A stretch of 64,000 nucleotides of DNA. It comes from Octopus bimaculoides (Eukaryota). Numbering within the stretch: position 1 is the first letter of the stretch; every line of letters starts with the position of its first letter. This document shows positions 1-12,173 of this stretch, piece by piece. Position numbers and translations under genes: made by a program. The notes beneath the pieces are model-generated. The model ran no database searches. It was not told the DNA's origin and worked only from the letters and a program-made list of their open reading frames with translations. The DNA is taken from assembly GCF_001194135.2 (NCBI RefSeq), contig NC_068983.1, positions 37,089,425 to 37,153,424 of the forward strand, given 5' to 3'.

Positions 1-134
1 TCTCAGTTGTCTGTTGTAATAGAATTTCTTGAATCTTCCGTTGCAATTTCTGTCCTTGAATTTGACTTTCTTCAGACAATTTTGAGTAGGAGTTGTTTGT
101 ATCCTCATCAAAAACATTAGGATTTTCAGGGATT
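1..134 (-). CDS. per: per exon L, runs off the window (R-IPENPNVFDEDTNNSYSKLSEESQIQGQKLQRKIQEILLQQTTE)
   Basis: ctttaccactag acceptor, phase 2 in frame with K. PxNPxVF and LQxxIxxLLLQ are typical after PER PAS-B. Confidence 0.88.
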
Positions 135-644
135 CTAGTGGTAAAGAAAGTAATACAGACATATATATATATATTTTTTTATTACATACAATGAATAACA
201 ACTTTGCTTGCAAGACAAAACAAATCATTCTAGCTATGGTGCTCTGTGCTATGATGGTCCTAAGTGGATTTTTAGGAACTATGGTTAAAAAAAAATAATT
301 TGTAAAATATCATAAAAATAATTAACTTAAATTATAAAGAAAATAAATGTTATTCTATAGTAAAGAAGCAGAAATAAAATGGCTAAAAAAATATGAATCC
401 TCACACAAAAAACAAAAAAACAAAAACAAAAAAAAAAACAACTTAAATATAAATTTCTTTGGCTTTAACAATTACTTGAGTTAAATCAGACTAACAGCTC
501 TCCAGAAATTGTTACAAACAAGATAACTTTATTCTAAGTTTTATCTACATCATTTAAATTAGAAGTTAAAAACAGCTATACAATAAAATCCTTAATCTCC
601 AAGAAATTAGAACAAAACTTAATAAAAGATTGTAACATATTTAC

Positions 645-722
645 CTAACTACAGTGTGCTGGCCATTTACATCTTCAAGTCTTTTGGTCCATTGACTGAG
701 AGTAGCTGACCATTCAGTTTCA
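645..722 (-). CDS. per: per exon K, visible 3' part (ETEWSATLSQWTKRLEDVNGQHTVV); 5' part in N gap
   Basis: Matches the PER PAS-B/PAC segment ETEWSSFVNPWSxKLEFVxGxH; TAG|gtaaat donor. Confidence 0.9.
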
Positions 723-945
723 NNNNNNNNNNNNNNNNNNNNNNNNNNNNNNNNNNNNNNNNNNNNNNNNNNNNNNNNNNNNNNNNNNNNNNNNNNNNNN
801 NNNNNNNNNNNNNNNNNNNNNNNNNNNNNNNNNNNNNNNNNNNNNNNNNNNNNNNNNNNNNNNNNNNNNNNNNNNNNNNNNNNNNNNNNNNNNNNNNNNN
901 NNNNNNNNNNNNNNNNNNNNNNNNNNNNNNNNNNNNNNNNNNNNG
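723..945. other. assembly gap hiding the start of per exon K; other gaps at 22311-22365, 25591-25600, ~32761-32866, 45917-45926, 46935-46944
   Basis: Runs of N. Confidence 0.99.
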
Positions 946-2209
946 GTATTGAGCCATAAAAAAACCATGCCAAATCAGACTGGAGTCTGGTGCAGCCGTC
1001 CAGCTTACTAGTCTTGGTCAAACCGTCCAACCCAGCGCAGCATGGACAACGGACGTTAAATGATGATGATGATTCAAAAGTGTCATATCTCTGGCAGAAC
1101 TCAGACAAACAAGTCTTAGTGAACAGCTTCATGAGCAATGTTTTCAGTTATTTTTCACTTTGAGCACCGACAAAGATTGTTTTTGCTTTCAACAGGTTGA
1201 CATTCAACACATAAGCTAAGGCATGCACACACAATAGACAGGCATCCTCTCACATTTTAAGAATGTTGCTGTAAAGTGGAACTGTAACATGCAAGTGATT
1301 GGTGTTAGGAAGGACATCCAGTTACAGAAACCACGCCAAAGCAAGCACTGGAATCTGGTGCAGTTCTCTGGCATGGCAATTTTTGTTGAACCATCCAACC
1401 CTTGCCAGCATGGAAAACCGATGTTAAATGATGAATATTTTTCTCTAGACTTTCCAATCATATAACATGGCAATCAATGACAATGGCTTTGAGTTACAAG
1501 ATTTCAAAATTATAGCAAAATTTTCTATAACACAACAAATGCTTGTATCAGAGATATTCATATATGATTATTTAGTGTATACAAAAAATGTCCCAACAAA
1601 ATATACCCTTTGTTGGTGGTCCTTATCTGCATACAATTAGAAATTTGTGGAATCGCATATTCTAAGTAATTTGGAAGCAAATTCAAACAGAATTTTTCGA
1701 GGTAGATTTTCTATGGCTGGATGCTCTTCCTGTTGCCAAACCTCATCCGCTTTCAAGTGAGGTGATATTTTCTCATAGCTAGACATGCTTTTTACAGAAA
1801 ACTGGAAGCAAACCTTACTTGTATGATGACAATACTCAGTTACAACCATCACATAATGTCTAGGCATGGATGCATACAAATACACACACACGTATACATG
1901 ATGGACTACTTTCAGTTTTGGTCAACCATATCCAATCACAAGGATTGGTTGACCTAAGACTGTACTAGAAGACACTTGCTCAAGGTGCTGCACAGTGGGA
2001 CTAAACCCAAAACCACAAGTTTAGGAAGCAAGCTTCTTAGCCACACAGCCCTGACTTCTTAAGATAGCTTAAATAAAAACTTGAGAGCTGGTAACATATT
2101 TGCCCCAAAATTGAAATATTACAGAAATACATAATAGAATAGCATGAAAAAGTCAAGTTAACAAAAGAGAAATGAAGGAAGTTGAGCACACAGATGACTG
2201 GAAACTGAC

Positions 2210-2316
2210 CTTTTTGATAAACAGTCTGTAAGTATGTCAAATCATCAGGATGATAGAGTTCAAATATAGACATGCCTATTAGATCCTGAGGCAGGAAACC
2301 CAGTAAAGTAATTGCA
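2210..2316 (-). CDS. per: per exon J, PAS-B (S-AITLLGFLPQDLIGMSIFELYHPDDLTYLQTVYQK)
   Basis: tatttcag acceptor, AAG|gtcagt donor, 107 nt, phase 2/1. Hallmark LGxLPQDLIG..YHPxDL. Confidence 0.96.
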
Positions 2317-2675
2317 CTGAAATAAACAAGAAAATAATTAAAGATTCTGCTTTGTTTATAATTTATGAGATGACAGAATTTGGTTAATTTCTAATGTTAA
2401 GAATAGTTTTTTTTCTCTTTTGTTTGATTTAAGTTATGTGTTATTTTTTCTCATATTAAGTATTAAGTTTAAACTGATTTAAGTGGATTGCTAAAAAAAA
2501 AAAATAGGAAAAAAAACCACAGCAGTCATTTTTAAAGGTATAGGCTATCTAAGACCACATTATCTTCACTATTCATGTCTCTTTTCTTTTTTGAAAATGG
2601 TATGGTATGATTTAATGTAGAACTGGCTGCTATTTCTAGCAGGCCAAACCACAACATAGAGGACATTTATATTAA

Positions 2676-2887
2676 CCCTTTCATTAACAACCTGGCTGAA
2701 ACTGGCTCTGAGTACAAATGTCTTCTTTTCATAAATTTTGAATAATAAACTTCCACCAAACCTTACTCACAATTTATGTTCCTAACACTAGCAGAATGAT
2801 AACTAAGTTATTTTACTAAATTCTTTGTTATATCTAAAGTAATTGAAAGAAACAGAGCATCTCAAAATAAATACAGTAATGAAAGGG
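2676..2887. mobile_element. piggyBac-type MITE
   Basis: TTAA on both sides (2672-2675, 2888-2891); TIRs CCCTTTCATTA / TAATGAAAGGG; related copy at 37671-37893. Confidence 0.85.
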
Positions 2888-3498
2888 TTAAATAGTGGTA
2901 GGCTACTGATACAATACTTATATCTAAACTGAAATCAATATCAAATTTGCATTTATTCCATCCATTTTTACTGCCCACTATTCATGGGAGAGTTATTAAA
3001 GCCTCCAGGCAACCCTTCTATAGGGTCTTATCAGAAGCATTTGTCATTAGACTTTCCAGCTGGATTACCAAGTGTCACCAATCCTTAACTTCTTTTGGAA
3101 GAAAAGGATTTCTTTATTCCACAGGAAACTGGAAGTGTCAAGATCTATTGAAAGGAAATGTCAACAAACACTACACATGGTGGCCAAGCGACAAATTGCA
3201 GTGTCACTGTTTGTAGCTGTAGCTCAGCATAGATTGTAAACATTCGGACATACAGACAGACACATGCATACACAGACACATATATACACACACCCTAGGT
3301 ATTTTTCAATTTCCATCAACCAAATTCCCTCACCAGGTAATAGTCAGCCTGGAGCTTTAGTAGAAGATATTTGCTAAAAGTGCCACTTAGTGAGACTGAA
3401 CCCAAATCCATGTAGTTAAAAAACAATCTCCTTAACCACACAGTGATGTTCATGCTACCTTCTATAAATTTTATGTCATGTCAAAAGAAATTTTCGTT

Positions 3499-3612
3499 AG
3501 CCAATCAGATTGGAGCCTGGTGTTGCCATCCAGTTTCACCAGTCCTCAGTCAAATCGTCCAACCCATGCTAGCATGGAAAGCGGACGTTAAACGATGATG
3601 ATGATGATGATG
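3499..3612 (+). mobile_element. (GAT)n-tailed retroposon 3' end, possibly RTE-related; similar pieces at ~964-1074, ~1335-1435, ~13280-13520, ~42090-42480
   Basis: Recurrent ...ccaacccatgctagcatggaaagcggacgttaaacgatgatgat tail. The family assignment is inference. Confidence 0.55.
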
Positions 3613-3708
3613 CTGTTCACTAGAAAGATCTTACAACACTACTGGTGGTGATGCGATGATAATGAGGGTGATAAAAATTGTGACAGATTAGAGGCTGTTT
3701 TTACTCAC

Positions 3709-3784
3709 CTGTTACTAATTAAGTTAAGGTTACAATAGAGATTATGACTGGTTGAAAAAGTGAAGTTTTTGGGCATTGAACATC
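3709..3784 (-). CDS. per: per exon I, start of PAS-B (G-CSMPKNFTFSTSHNLYCNLNLISN)
   Basis: tttttatctag acceptor, CAG|gtgagt donor, 76 nt, phase 1/2. FSTSH..C corresponds to PER FTTRH..C. Confidence 0.88.
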
Positions 3785-4242
3785 CTAGATAAAAAAAATA
3801 AAATTAAAAAAAACAATAGTAAAGAAATTAATTCCACTAGATACTTAAATACAATTAACATTTTAAATATTCATTTTTAAAAAAAAATATCAACCACAAT
3901 TAGAAAGTGCAAAGAAAATGTTATTTTCAGTTTTTAAATCATACCTTCTAAGTTTCTCTGTCAGTATTAGATTTAAAAAAATAACTGATTATTTCTAAAT
4001 TTATCATGAGTGCCATGTGGAATCCCATTTAAAGTTAAGAAATGTGAATGTTCAAAATGATCTTTGAAGTTATCATATCGTTATATATAAATTAATTTTG
4101 AAATCATTTTAGTCAACAGCTTTGAGGATAAAAGAAATCAATCTTTCAGTTTATTAAGGTTTCTCTATAAATACAAATATATATCTTATAATGTGATGTG
4201 TAACAAAAGAGAAGAGTGATATTAAACAAGGGAAATAATTAC

Positions 4243-4430
4243 CAATATAAGCAGACTGGAGTGGTACACATCTTAAGATAAAATGCTTTGTTTTCTTAGA
4301 GCTGCCTAAAAGGTTCCTATCCTTTTCTGATGAAGGTGTATCTAAGATCTGTGTGGTAACATTAGCTTGGAATGCATAAAACTTATCTTGTCGCTTCAGG
4401 CCATAGCCATCGTTCAAATTTTTGTAATAT
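4243..4430 (-). CDS. per: per exon H, end of PAS-A (R-YYKNLNDGYGLKRQDKFYAFQANV...LRCVPLQSAYI)
   Basis: tgttttag acceptor, TTG|gtaatt donor, 188 nt, phase 2/1. Lies within ORF 4154..4417 plus 13 nt. Confidence 0.9.
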
Positions 4431-5101
4431 CTAAAACAGAAACAAAATCAACAAAATCATAAATATATCTCCAAGTTTTAAGTTAGATAATACTTCAAAT
4501 ATTAACATAACTACAATTGCATATTTAAGGTATTGGAAGTGGTTGAGAAGGTAGACTACTCCACTAAATGCATTTCATTTTTGAGCTTTTCTCTAGATTC
4601 TGGCTTTAACTTCCACAGACTGATTTTAATTTTCATCCCTATGACCAGTAATATCATGATCATTTTACATCCTCTTTCCATGCTGGTATGGGTTGGACAG
4701 GCTATGACATTCCTTATTGGGAGCCACTGCTTCTCATTGATTGATTCTTTTACATGTCATTCAGTTTGGTTTCCATGGTTGGACATTTCCAACTGCCAAT
4801 CACTTTACAGAGTGTACTGGGTCCATTTACTTATGATACCAACACAAGACAGCATTAAAAGAACCTCACATTTTCCTCTGCTCATTTACCTATTATTTAA
4901 CACTGTGTGCTGGATGCACTTTTATGGTATCAGTCCTAGCGAGGTAGCCTTGCTCATCATTCACCTATAGGAGGTGCATGGCAGGTTCCATTGTCGGAAC
5001 ATAGGAAGTGGTGTATCTTGAACACAGTAAGAGTGAAGAATATGTTGACCAAGGAGAGAATAGAAGAGGGTGTAATGAGAGCAGAAAGGCCAGAGATGGG
5101 T

Positions 5102-5154
<53 letters not shown>

Positions 5155-6223
5155 AAGGTGATAGGAGTGGAAGAGTGGAGGGTGCTTCAATCTAGGGTGT
5201 GTGTATTTGCTCAGGTGACTTAGGAGGGCGAGAGGGAGAGCAAAATATCAGACAGCCAGAATGAGTGGGAGCATGGAAAGAGCAGGTGCTTGATGAGGAA
5301 GGCAGTGATTGGCAATAGCTAGGTGAACAAAGTTAGGAGTGAACAACACAATAAAGGCAAGAGTAAGTGTTAGGTGACAACAGAGCTATCCCAGGAGAGA
5401 GGGAATGCTGGCTGGCTGGCAGTCCAGCAAGGTAGAGCTAGAGTGTATAGCACTGTTGTTGATCGAGTGACTGCACTCCTCCCATATTATGTGAAACAAA
5501 GCCTAGTATTAAGAAAACAACATGGGTTGGTCAGTTGACACAGTCCAAGTCAGGGAGTTACTGCTCCTAGATAGGTCAGAGGAATGCCTCTTACCTGAAT
5601 GGAAAATATGGAACTAAGAGGTCAGTAACTCCAAATAAGAACTGATTTGGACTGTGATGACCGGTCTAACTCATATCAGTATGGAAAGCAGATATAAAAT
5701 AGTAATGATAACAATGGTGGCGGTGGTGGTGAAAGCGGTGGTGGCAGTGATGAAGTGATGAGAATATTCTTTCATTAGTTCTGAAGTAAAAGAAGTTTAC
5801 ATTAAGAAACCACAAACAAAGTTTTGGTCAACATAATGATAATTATAAATAATAATATATAACATTTATATATATACATATATATATATATATTTTAATT
5901 AGTAATGAACAAATACTTTTAAAATTCTTAGAGAATCTGTAAATGTAAAATTTAGTATACCTAGTACAATTATTAATGGATGCTAAGTTCCAACAACAAC
6001 AATAATCATCTATTTTTCTAGAAACTTCAATCAGTAAGTAAAAATGATTATTATTTAATTTAGAATTTGTTAATCCATCAACCTAATTTCTCAAAACAAC
6101 CCATCAGCACAGTCTGGAAGATCAGTTTAACTAATGAAGAAATGCTACCAATTCTTATTTAAAGCAATAAAATAATATAGAGCTAAACAGAGTTGTTATA
6201 TATTTTGAAGGGAAAGCAATTAC

Positions 6224-6260
6224 CTGAGCCGGAAGTATATAGTATTTTCTTTTTGTTTAG
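6224..6260 (-). CDS. per: per exon G, 37 nt (A-KQKENTIYFRL)
   Basis: tttttatag acceptor, CAG|gtaatt donor. Phase 1/2 is required to join F to H; YFRLR matches the PER FFCRxR position. Confidence 0.85.
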
Positions 6261-6683
6261 CTATAAAAAGAAATGCACAGTTAGCATAATGTGAAGTCAT
6301 CAGAAATATATTTTAATGAAGGAAAACACTTAAAACTCATAAAAACTAATTCATAGCATATTATGAAAAATTATTTTTAAACTGATTTTGTGGCTAGCTG
6401 AATATGATGTATTAAAAGATGAGCACATTTTCTAAAAAAGAAAGAGCTTCTAATGACGTGACTAAAGCAATACTTAATACACATTTCATACTATTAAAGA
6501 AATCAGATAATAAACTGTTCACATCTTCATGTGTGTGTGTGTACATATGTGTTTTCTTAATGGAACTGAAAACAAAATAATGTTTTCAAAAACACTCATT
6601 TTATAAACTAAATTAAATGGATATGTGAAAAGAAAATTCTGAAAAAGGTGTATATTGCAGACAAAAAAAAAAAAAAATCTCAC

Positions 6684-6804
6684 CTGCCCCACCAGAATCT
6701 GCATATCGCTTGAACGTATTTTCATTTTTTGATAACATATTATTCACTGTTATAATATCTTTACGAGATGTGAAGCTAGTTAAAAGATGTCCACGCCAGC
6801 TATC
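6684..6804 (-). CDS. per: per exon F, PAS-A (DSWRGHLLTSFTSRKDIITVNNMLSKNENTFKRYADSGGA)
   Basis: ctatttcag acceptor, CAG|gtgaga donor, 121 nt, phase 0/1. DxWxG follows LGYP as in PER PAS-A. Confidence 0.9.
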
Positions 6805-6874
6805 CTGAAATAGAAAAAGAAAAACAAAGTTAATTTCCTATGTAACTGATATGTATACAAGAACTGATCTATAT

Positions 6875-6965
6875 CAGTGGTTCTCAACCATTTTTCACCA
6901 GTGGATCCCTTTGTTTGCTATTTTATTCTGGTGGACCCCCATAGTCATTCAATGTTTAAAAACTA
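6875..6965. mobile_element. partial hAT-like MITE
   Basis: Starts CAGTGGTTCTCAACC and shares cattc(a/g)atgtttaaaaa with the 49826 element; second end not found. Confidence 0.45.
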
Positions 6966-7395
6966 ATTCTATAAATACGTCTTTCAAAATTCCTATTTTG
7001 CTTATTCACTCATTCACTTGTATAGGTTGAACTATGTAAAATGTTAGAGAACAAAATCTAGCTGTTTCTTGCAAAACATTACATTGAAAGCACATAGATG
7101 ATGATGACGATGACAACGATGACGAAAGTACATTAAGTATTATCAATCTAGTTTGCAGCAACAGTTTCATTTTACAAAATATCTAAGCTCGGTAAAAATG
7201 AACCACCACTACCACTGTCACCACCGCCACCATTATCATCATCATTTAGTGTCTGTTTCCCATGGTAGTATGGGTTGGATAGATTAACAGGAAGTGGTAA
7301 GTCAGAAGAATGGTGTCTATGGTTGGATGCCATCTCATGGAAAAAAAAAAAAAAAAGACATAAAAAACATTAAAAAAATATTCAATGAAACTTAC

Positions 7396-7479
7396 TTTTG
7401 GATATCCAAGAAATTTCAGTAGAGAATCATGTACTGAATCCACTCTGCAATCCAAAGTGACAGCTAGAACAAAAGATCC
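7396..7479 (-). CDS. per: per exon E, start of PAS-A (GSFVLAVTLDCRVDSVHDSLLKFLGYPK)
   Basis: ctcttag acceptor, AAA|gtaagt donor, 84 nt, phase 0/0, PAS-A LGYP motif. Confidence 0.9.
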
Positions 7480-8735
7480 CTAAGAGAGAGAGAGAGAGAA
7501 AAAAAAAAAAAAAAAAAAAACAATTTAGCTGATTAGGTAAAATTGAGGAAGAGAAAGATCAATAGAAATTCTTAGAATCTTTTCCCTTTTAGGTAGGAAA
7601 TACATATTTTTCCTTTAACTTGTTTCAGTCTTAGGATTGCAGTACCATGCTCAAGAACTGCCTTCAAGGGTTACTAGATCAACTTTAAACTCAGTCCTTT
7701 ATTTTTTGGTATTTATGTCTGGTACCTACACTATCAGTCTCCTTTTGTTATTAGATGTAAACAAACCAACATTGGTTTTCAAGCACTGTGGACACACACA
7801 TACACAGTAGGTCTAAATCTGAAATCATGTGATTGAGAAGACAACTTTTTAAACACAATGTCATGCCTGCACCTTTATGCATATATATTTTGCTTGCTTC
7901 AGTCATTGGACTGCAGCCATGCTGGGGCACTGCCTTGATGAGTTTTGTCAACCAAATTGACCCTAGTACTAATTGTAAATCTCTTTACCAAACTGTTATG
8001 TCAGGGGGATGTAAACAAACCAACACTGGTTGGCAGGTGGCAGCAAGGAACAAACACTAAGACACACAATGGGATTCTTTCAGTTTCCTTCTACCAAATT
8101 CACTCAAAGGCTTTGGGAGGAGGGGGCAAGCCTATTACATCGACCCTAGTGCTTACTGGTATTTAATTTACTGACTCCCAAAAGGATGAAAAGCAAAATC
8201 GACAGTAACGGAATTTGAACTTAGAATATAAAGATGGGTGAAATGCCATTAAGCATTTTGCCTGGTATGCTAACGATTCCGTCAGCTCACTGCTTTAAAG
8301 TATAAATATTATAAACAAAATATTAAGAACAGAACAACTAAATCATAACAATATTTAAATTGTTTGGTAACAGACACTAGCAAGATTTGAACTTTGGGAA
8401 ACATGCCATGTTCAAAACTGTCAAAGCATGGAATAAACTACACTTATTAGTTGTTAGCTAACACTAATTGCATCCTTCAGGAATTCCGTGCTTTTTATGC
8501 CTATCCATCCTTTCTGTTTTATAGCTCTTATACTGTTCACTTTTCTAACATTATTCAGTGTACTACACATGCACTTTTGGCTTTCACTGTTGTCTTTCTT
8601 TATTTGACTTACTACTGTTTTCTATCCTGTCTTTTTAGCCTTTTCTGACAAGCTGTAGTGCACCTGAGCTTTGTTTTGTATGTAATAAGCTCCTAAATAT
8701 TATCATCACTTAGAAAAATAAGAAAAAAATCTTAC

Positions 8736-8845
8736 TGGTGATGGTTCTTCTTCAGTTTCTTTGCTCACAGTACCAGTGCTGCTGCAATGGTCAATACTAT
8801 CAGTTGCACTATCTTCAAAGTTGAATTTTGAATCATCTTTACTTT
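8736..8845 (-). CDS. per: per exon D (E-SKDDSKFNFEDSATDSIDHCSSTGTVSKETEEEPSP)
   Basis: ttttccag acceptor, CCA|gtaaga donor, 110 nt. Phase 1/0 bridges exons C and E. Confidence 0.85.
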
Positions 8846-9631
8846 CTGGAAAAGGGAAAAATAAATAAAAATAAATAATATAAATTACATGGTATTCCTG
8901 AAACTGAAAGCAACAAGCATGTATCATGCTGAACATCTCAATTTGACATACATATACATAATACTTAATGAAAAATATATATATAGGCACAACTGGACCT
9001 GTTGTACAAATACGTTCCCCCTGAAGACACCCCCATATCCATAATTTCACTAACTGCAGTTCTTCCTTTATACTGCTTCCCTTACTCTACAGAACCAATT
9101 TATTTGTTATCCATCCTTCATCCATTACTATTGTTCTCTCCGACCACATTTTCATTGCTCTGCCTCCTGGGACACTAAATTCTCTCACCTCCCTCACACC
9201 ATACATATCTCTGTATTCCTGCCTCTCTCTTCCCCACCCACTCCTGCAACCTACCCAAACTCATGTTATCTCTCTTGTCATTCTCTTATCTTTTGTATCA
9301 CCTTCACTATTCTGCTGCTCCATACTGTCAGTCATCTACTCTCTCCACCTCCCACAACTCTTGAATCACTGGTCATTCATCATTCACTACATCCACCCTT
9401 CAAACCTACCCAATCTTTACAGTGAGTTGCCTACCTATACTGTCTCCTATTCCCAATCTCCCATACTCTCTTGCCATCTCCATCCATCCAGCACATTCCT
9501 AATATGTTTTCAACCACCAGAGTAACTTGGCATTTATTGAAGGACAGCTTCATTTACTCAAAACGTCTGAAACAAGGGCTAATGAAGTTGGAAAACAAGC
9601 ATAGAAATGCTTTGGATAGGCAAAGCATTAA

Positions 9632-9840
9632 CCCTTCAGTGTTCGCATTATTCTGCCAAAATTAATGCTTTTTTATCCACATTGTTTTGAACTAATCATG
9701 CATTATCTTGTAACTATGAGATCTTGATGAGTTGGCTGTTAATTTTTAAAACAATATTGTAGGGTTGGTGTGAGAGGCCAGATCTGGCCAGTTTGAACAT
9801 AAAACAGGCAGAATACTTTTGGCCAGATATGGCTAAAGGG
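9632..9840. mobile_element. piggyBac-type MITE, second family
   Basis: TTAA flanks (9628-9631, 9841-9844); ends CCCTTCAG...CTAAAGGG. Confidence 0.75.
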
Positions 9841-9894
9841 TTAAATGAATCAGAAGACAAGAACAGTTAGGTGATAAGAAACATGAGAACCAAC

Positions 9895-10061
9895 CTTTTA
9901 ACTTCTTCAGCTTATCAATGACATGTTGAAGTGCAGTCAAGGTGCCAGTCTTCTTTCCACGTCCTTTTGATGGAGGAAGCATAGATTTAATTTGTTGAAT
10001 ATACGCTTTAACTTTTTCTTTCTTGATTTGCCTAAATTCATTCCCAGTAACATGCATGCTA
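9895..10061 (-). CDS. per: per exon C (S-SMHVTGNEFRQIKKEKVKAYIQQIKSMLPPSKGRGKKTGTLTALQHVIDKLKKLK)
   Basis: cttttgcag acceptor (tandem CAGTAG), AAG|gttggt donor, 167 nt, phase 2/1. Resembles the PER1 region LPPERRGKGRSGTLATLQYAL. Confidence 0.93.
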
Positions 10062-10807
10062 CTGCAAAAGAGAAAACAGAAAAAAAAAGGGTAATCAAAT
10101 TAGGCTTTGGTCAATGAAAGAGATTATTTTGATTAAAAAAAAAAAGGAAAAAAAAAAGCATTCATCTTATCTTTTATTTTTTACCTTCTACTTGTTTCCA
10201 TCATTAAATGTGGTCATGCTGGGACACTACCTGGAAGAATTTTAATCAAAAGAATTGACCCAAGTACATATATTTTAAGTTTGGGACTTATTCTGTTAGT
10301 TTCTTTACCCAAACAACTAAATTATGGGACATAAACAAACCAACTGATCAGTTAATTAGTTAGATAATTAACCAATTGAAAAAAGAAAAAAAAAAAAATA
10401 AATAAATAGAATGTATGCGTGTGGTTATTATTGGCATAATGACCTTCCAAAGATATAACAAAATAAATAATATAAATTACTTGTGATTGATGTCTTATCA
10501 GTAAACAGAAACTGAAAGAAGCTTGTCATATGTGTGTGTGTGTGTTCTCCACCACCACTTGACAACCAGTTTTGGTGTGTTCACATCTCTCTAACTTAGC
10601 AGTTTGGCAAAAGAGACTGATAGAACAAGTAGCAGTCTTGAACAAAAAATTACAACTGGAGTTGATTAATTTGACGAAAAATTCTTCAAGGTGGTGCCCC
10701 AAACAAGTAAAAGATAAAAGATGTGAATGCAATATTGATTAAGACTATCATTAGTACACTCAACAGAGAAGTTAAACTGTAAATAAGAAAGTTCATTTAA
10801 GACATAC

Positions 10808-10882
10808 CTGCAACCACTTGTTGATGGTTGGTCATCAGTAGTTTCACTGCTAAGGGATATACTTACACTACTAGAACTTCCC
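10808..10882 (-). CDS. per: per exon B (R-GSSSSVSISLSSETTDDQPSTSGC)
   Basis: ttttcag acceptor, CAG|gtatgt donor, 75 nt, phase 2/2, PER PSTSGC motif. Confidence 0.93.
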
Positions 10883-11674
10883 CTGAAAATAAAACCAAAT
10901 ATGACACTTAAGAATATCGAATCACAAAACAATTTCATATTTAATTTGGATGTAATATCATTTAATGTAAACATTTAAGATTACTGGATCTGTAAAATGC
11001 AAACCCAGTCCCTTCAATAATGAATTTTCATTTAAATAAGTCCATATTCATAGCAAGAATATTAGTAAGCAATTTAAAAATGATTTATTACAAAAAAAAA
11101 ACAAAAAACAAAAACAAATGAAATATAATGAACGATTCTAGTAATTCAGCTTAAATTTAATGATTTCAGATACATTGATTTGATTGATTAATTTAGTTCT
11201 TAATTAAAAGCTGGCAGAACCTTCCCTCTCCAAGTTTACAGAACTGTAACTTCAGTAGTGAACCTAAAGACATCATCAGAAGACCAAATTTTATCAGCTA
11301 TATAGACACGGGTTTTAATCATTATTTCTATATAAAATAATTATGCCTAAAAGTATCAAACCCACAATACCTAAAAGTATCCTGATCAGATGCAATTAAT
11401 CTACAGTACAAACTGTTTATTAAATTGTAACTTAGTATTTGCTATTATTTACACTGGATGAAGTTTGATAAAACAATTGTTAGAAATTATTATAATTGTG
11501 TATTGCAAATATTAGTTGTCACTACCTTAGAATAAAAAAGAATTTGTTTCAGTCGAAAATAAAATAGAAAAATATTTTTTATGCTAAGTAAAACTGTAAG
11601 CATAAGGCTATTTTAGCAGAATCAGTTCAGAGATGACATAACTTCAGAAAGAGAATTCACAAATTCCTTAAGAC

Positions 11675-11715
<41 letters not shown>

Positions 11716-11806
11716 AGGCACAGGTTTGCCTATCACTGAGTCAGAAAATGAAAGTTTCAATTCTTACAGAAGAGATTTGAAGTAAAAATAAGCTAGCACC
11801 TTATAA

Positions 11807-12173
11807 GGTGTGGCTGTGTGGTAAGAAGCTTGCTTCCCAACCACATGATTCCAGCTCAGTCCTGCTACGTGGCACCTTGGGCAAATGTCTTCTACTATAA
11901 CCTCGGGCCGACCAAAGCCTTGAGTGGATTTGGTAGACGGAAACTGAAAGAAGCCCATTGTATATGTGTATATGTTTGTCCCCCCTCCACCATTACTTGA
12001 CAACCGATGTTGGTGTGTTTACGTCCCCTAACTTAGCGGTTCGGCCTAAGCGACCGATAGAATAAATACTAGGCTTACAAAGAATAAGTCCTGGGGTCGA
12101 TTTGTTCGACTAAAGGCGGTGCTCCAGCATGGCTGCAGTCAAATGACTGAAACAAGTAAAAGAATAAAAGAAT
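11807..12173 (+). mobile_element. SINE family A (tRNA-like head, CORE-like middle, central CA/TG tract), near full length
   Basis: ggtgtggctgtgtggtaag...tggcaccttgggcaa...aaatgactgaaacaagtaaaagaat; many copies in the window; CpGs intact. Confidence 0.9.

Noticed and set aside
641-1138. 165-aa ORF spanning the N gap
   Set aside because: Only 645-722 is per coding sequence; the rest is Ns and a repeat.
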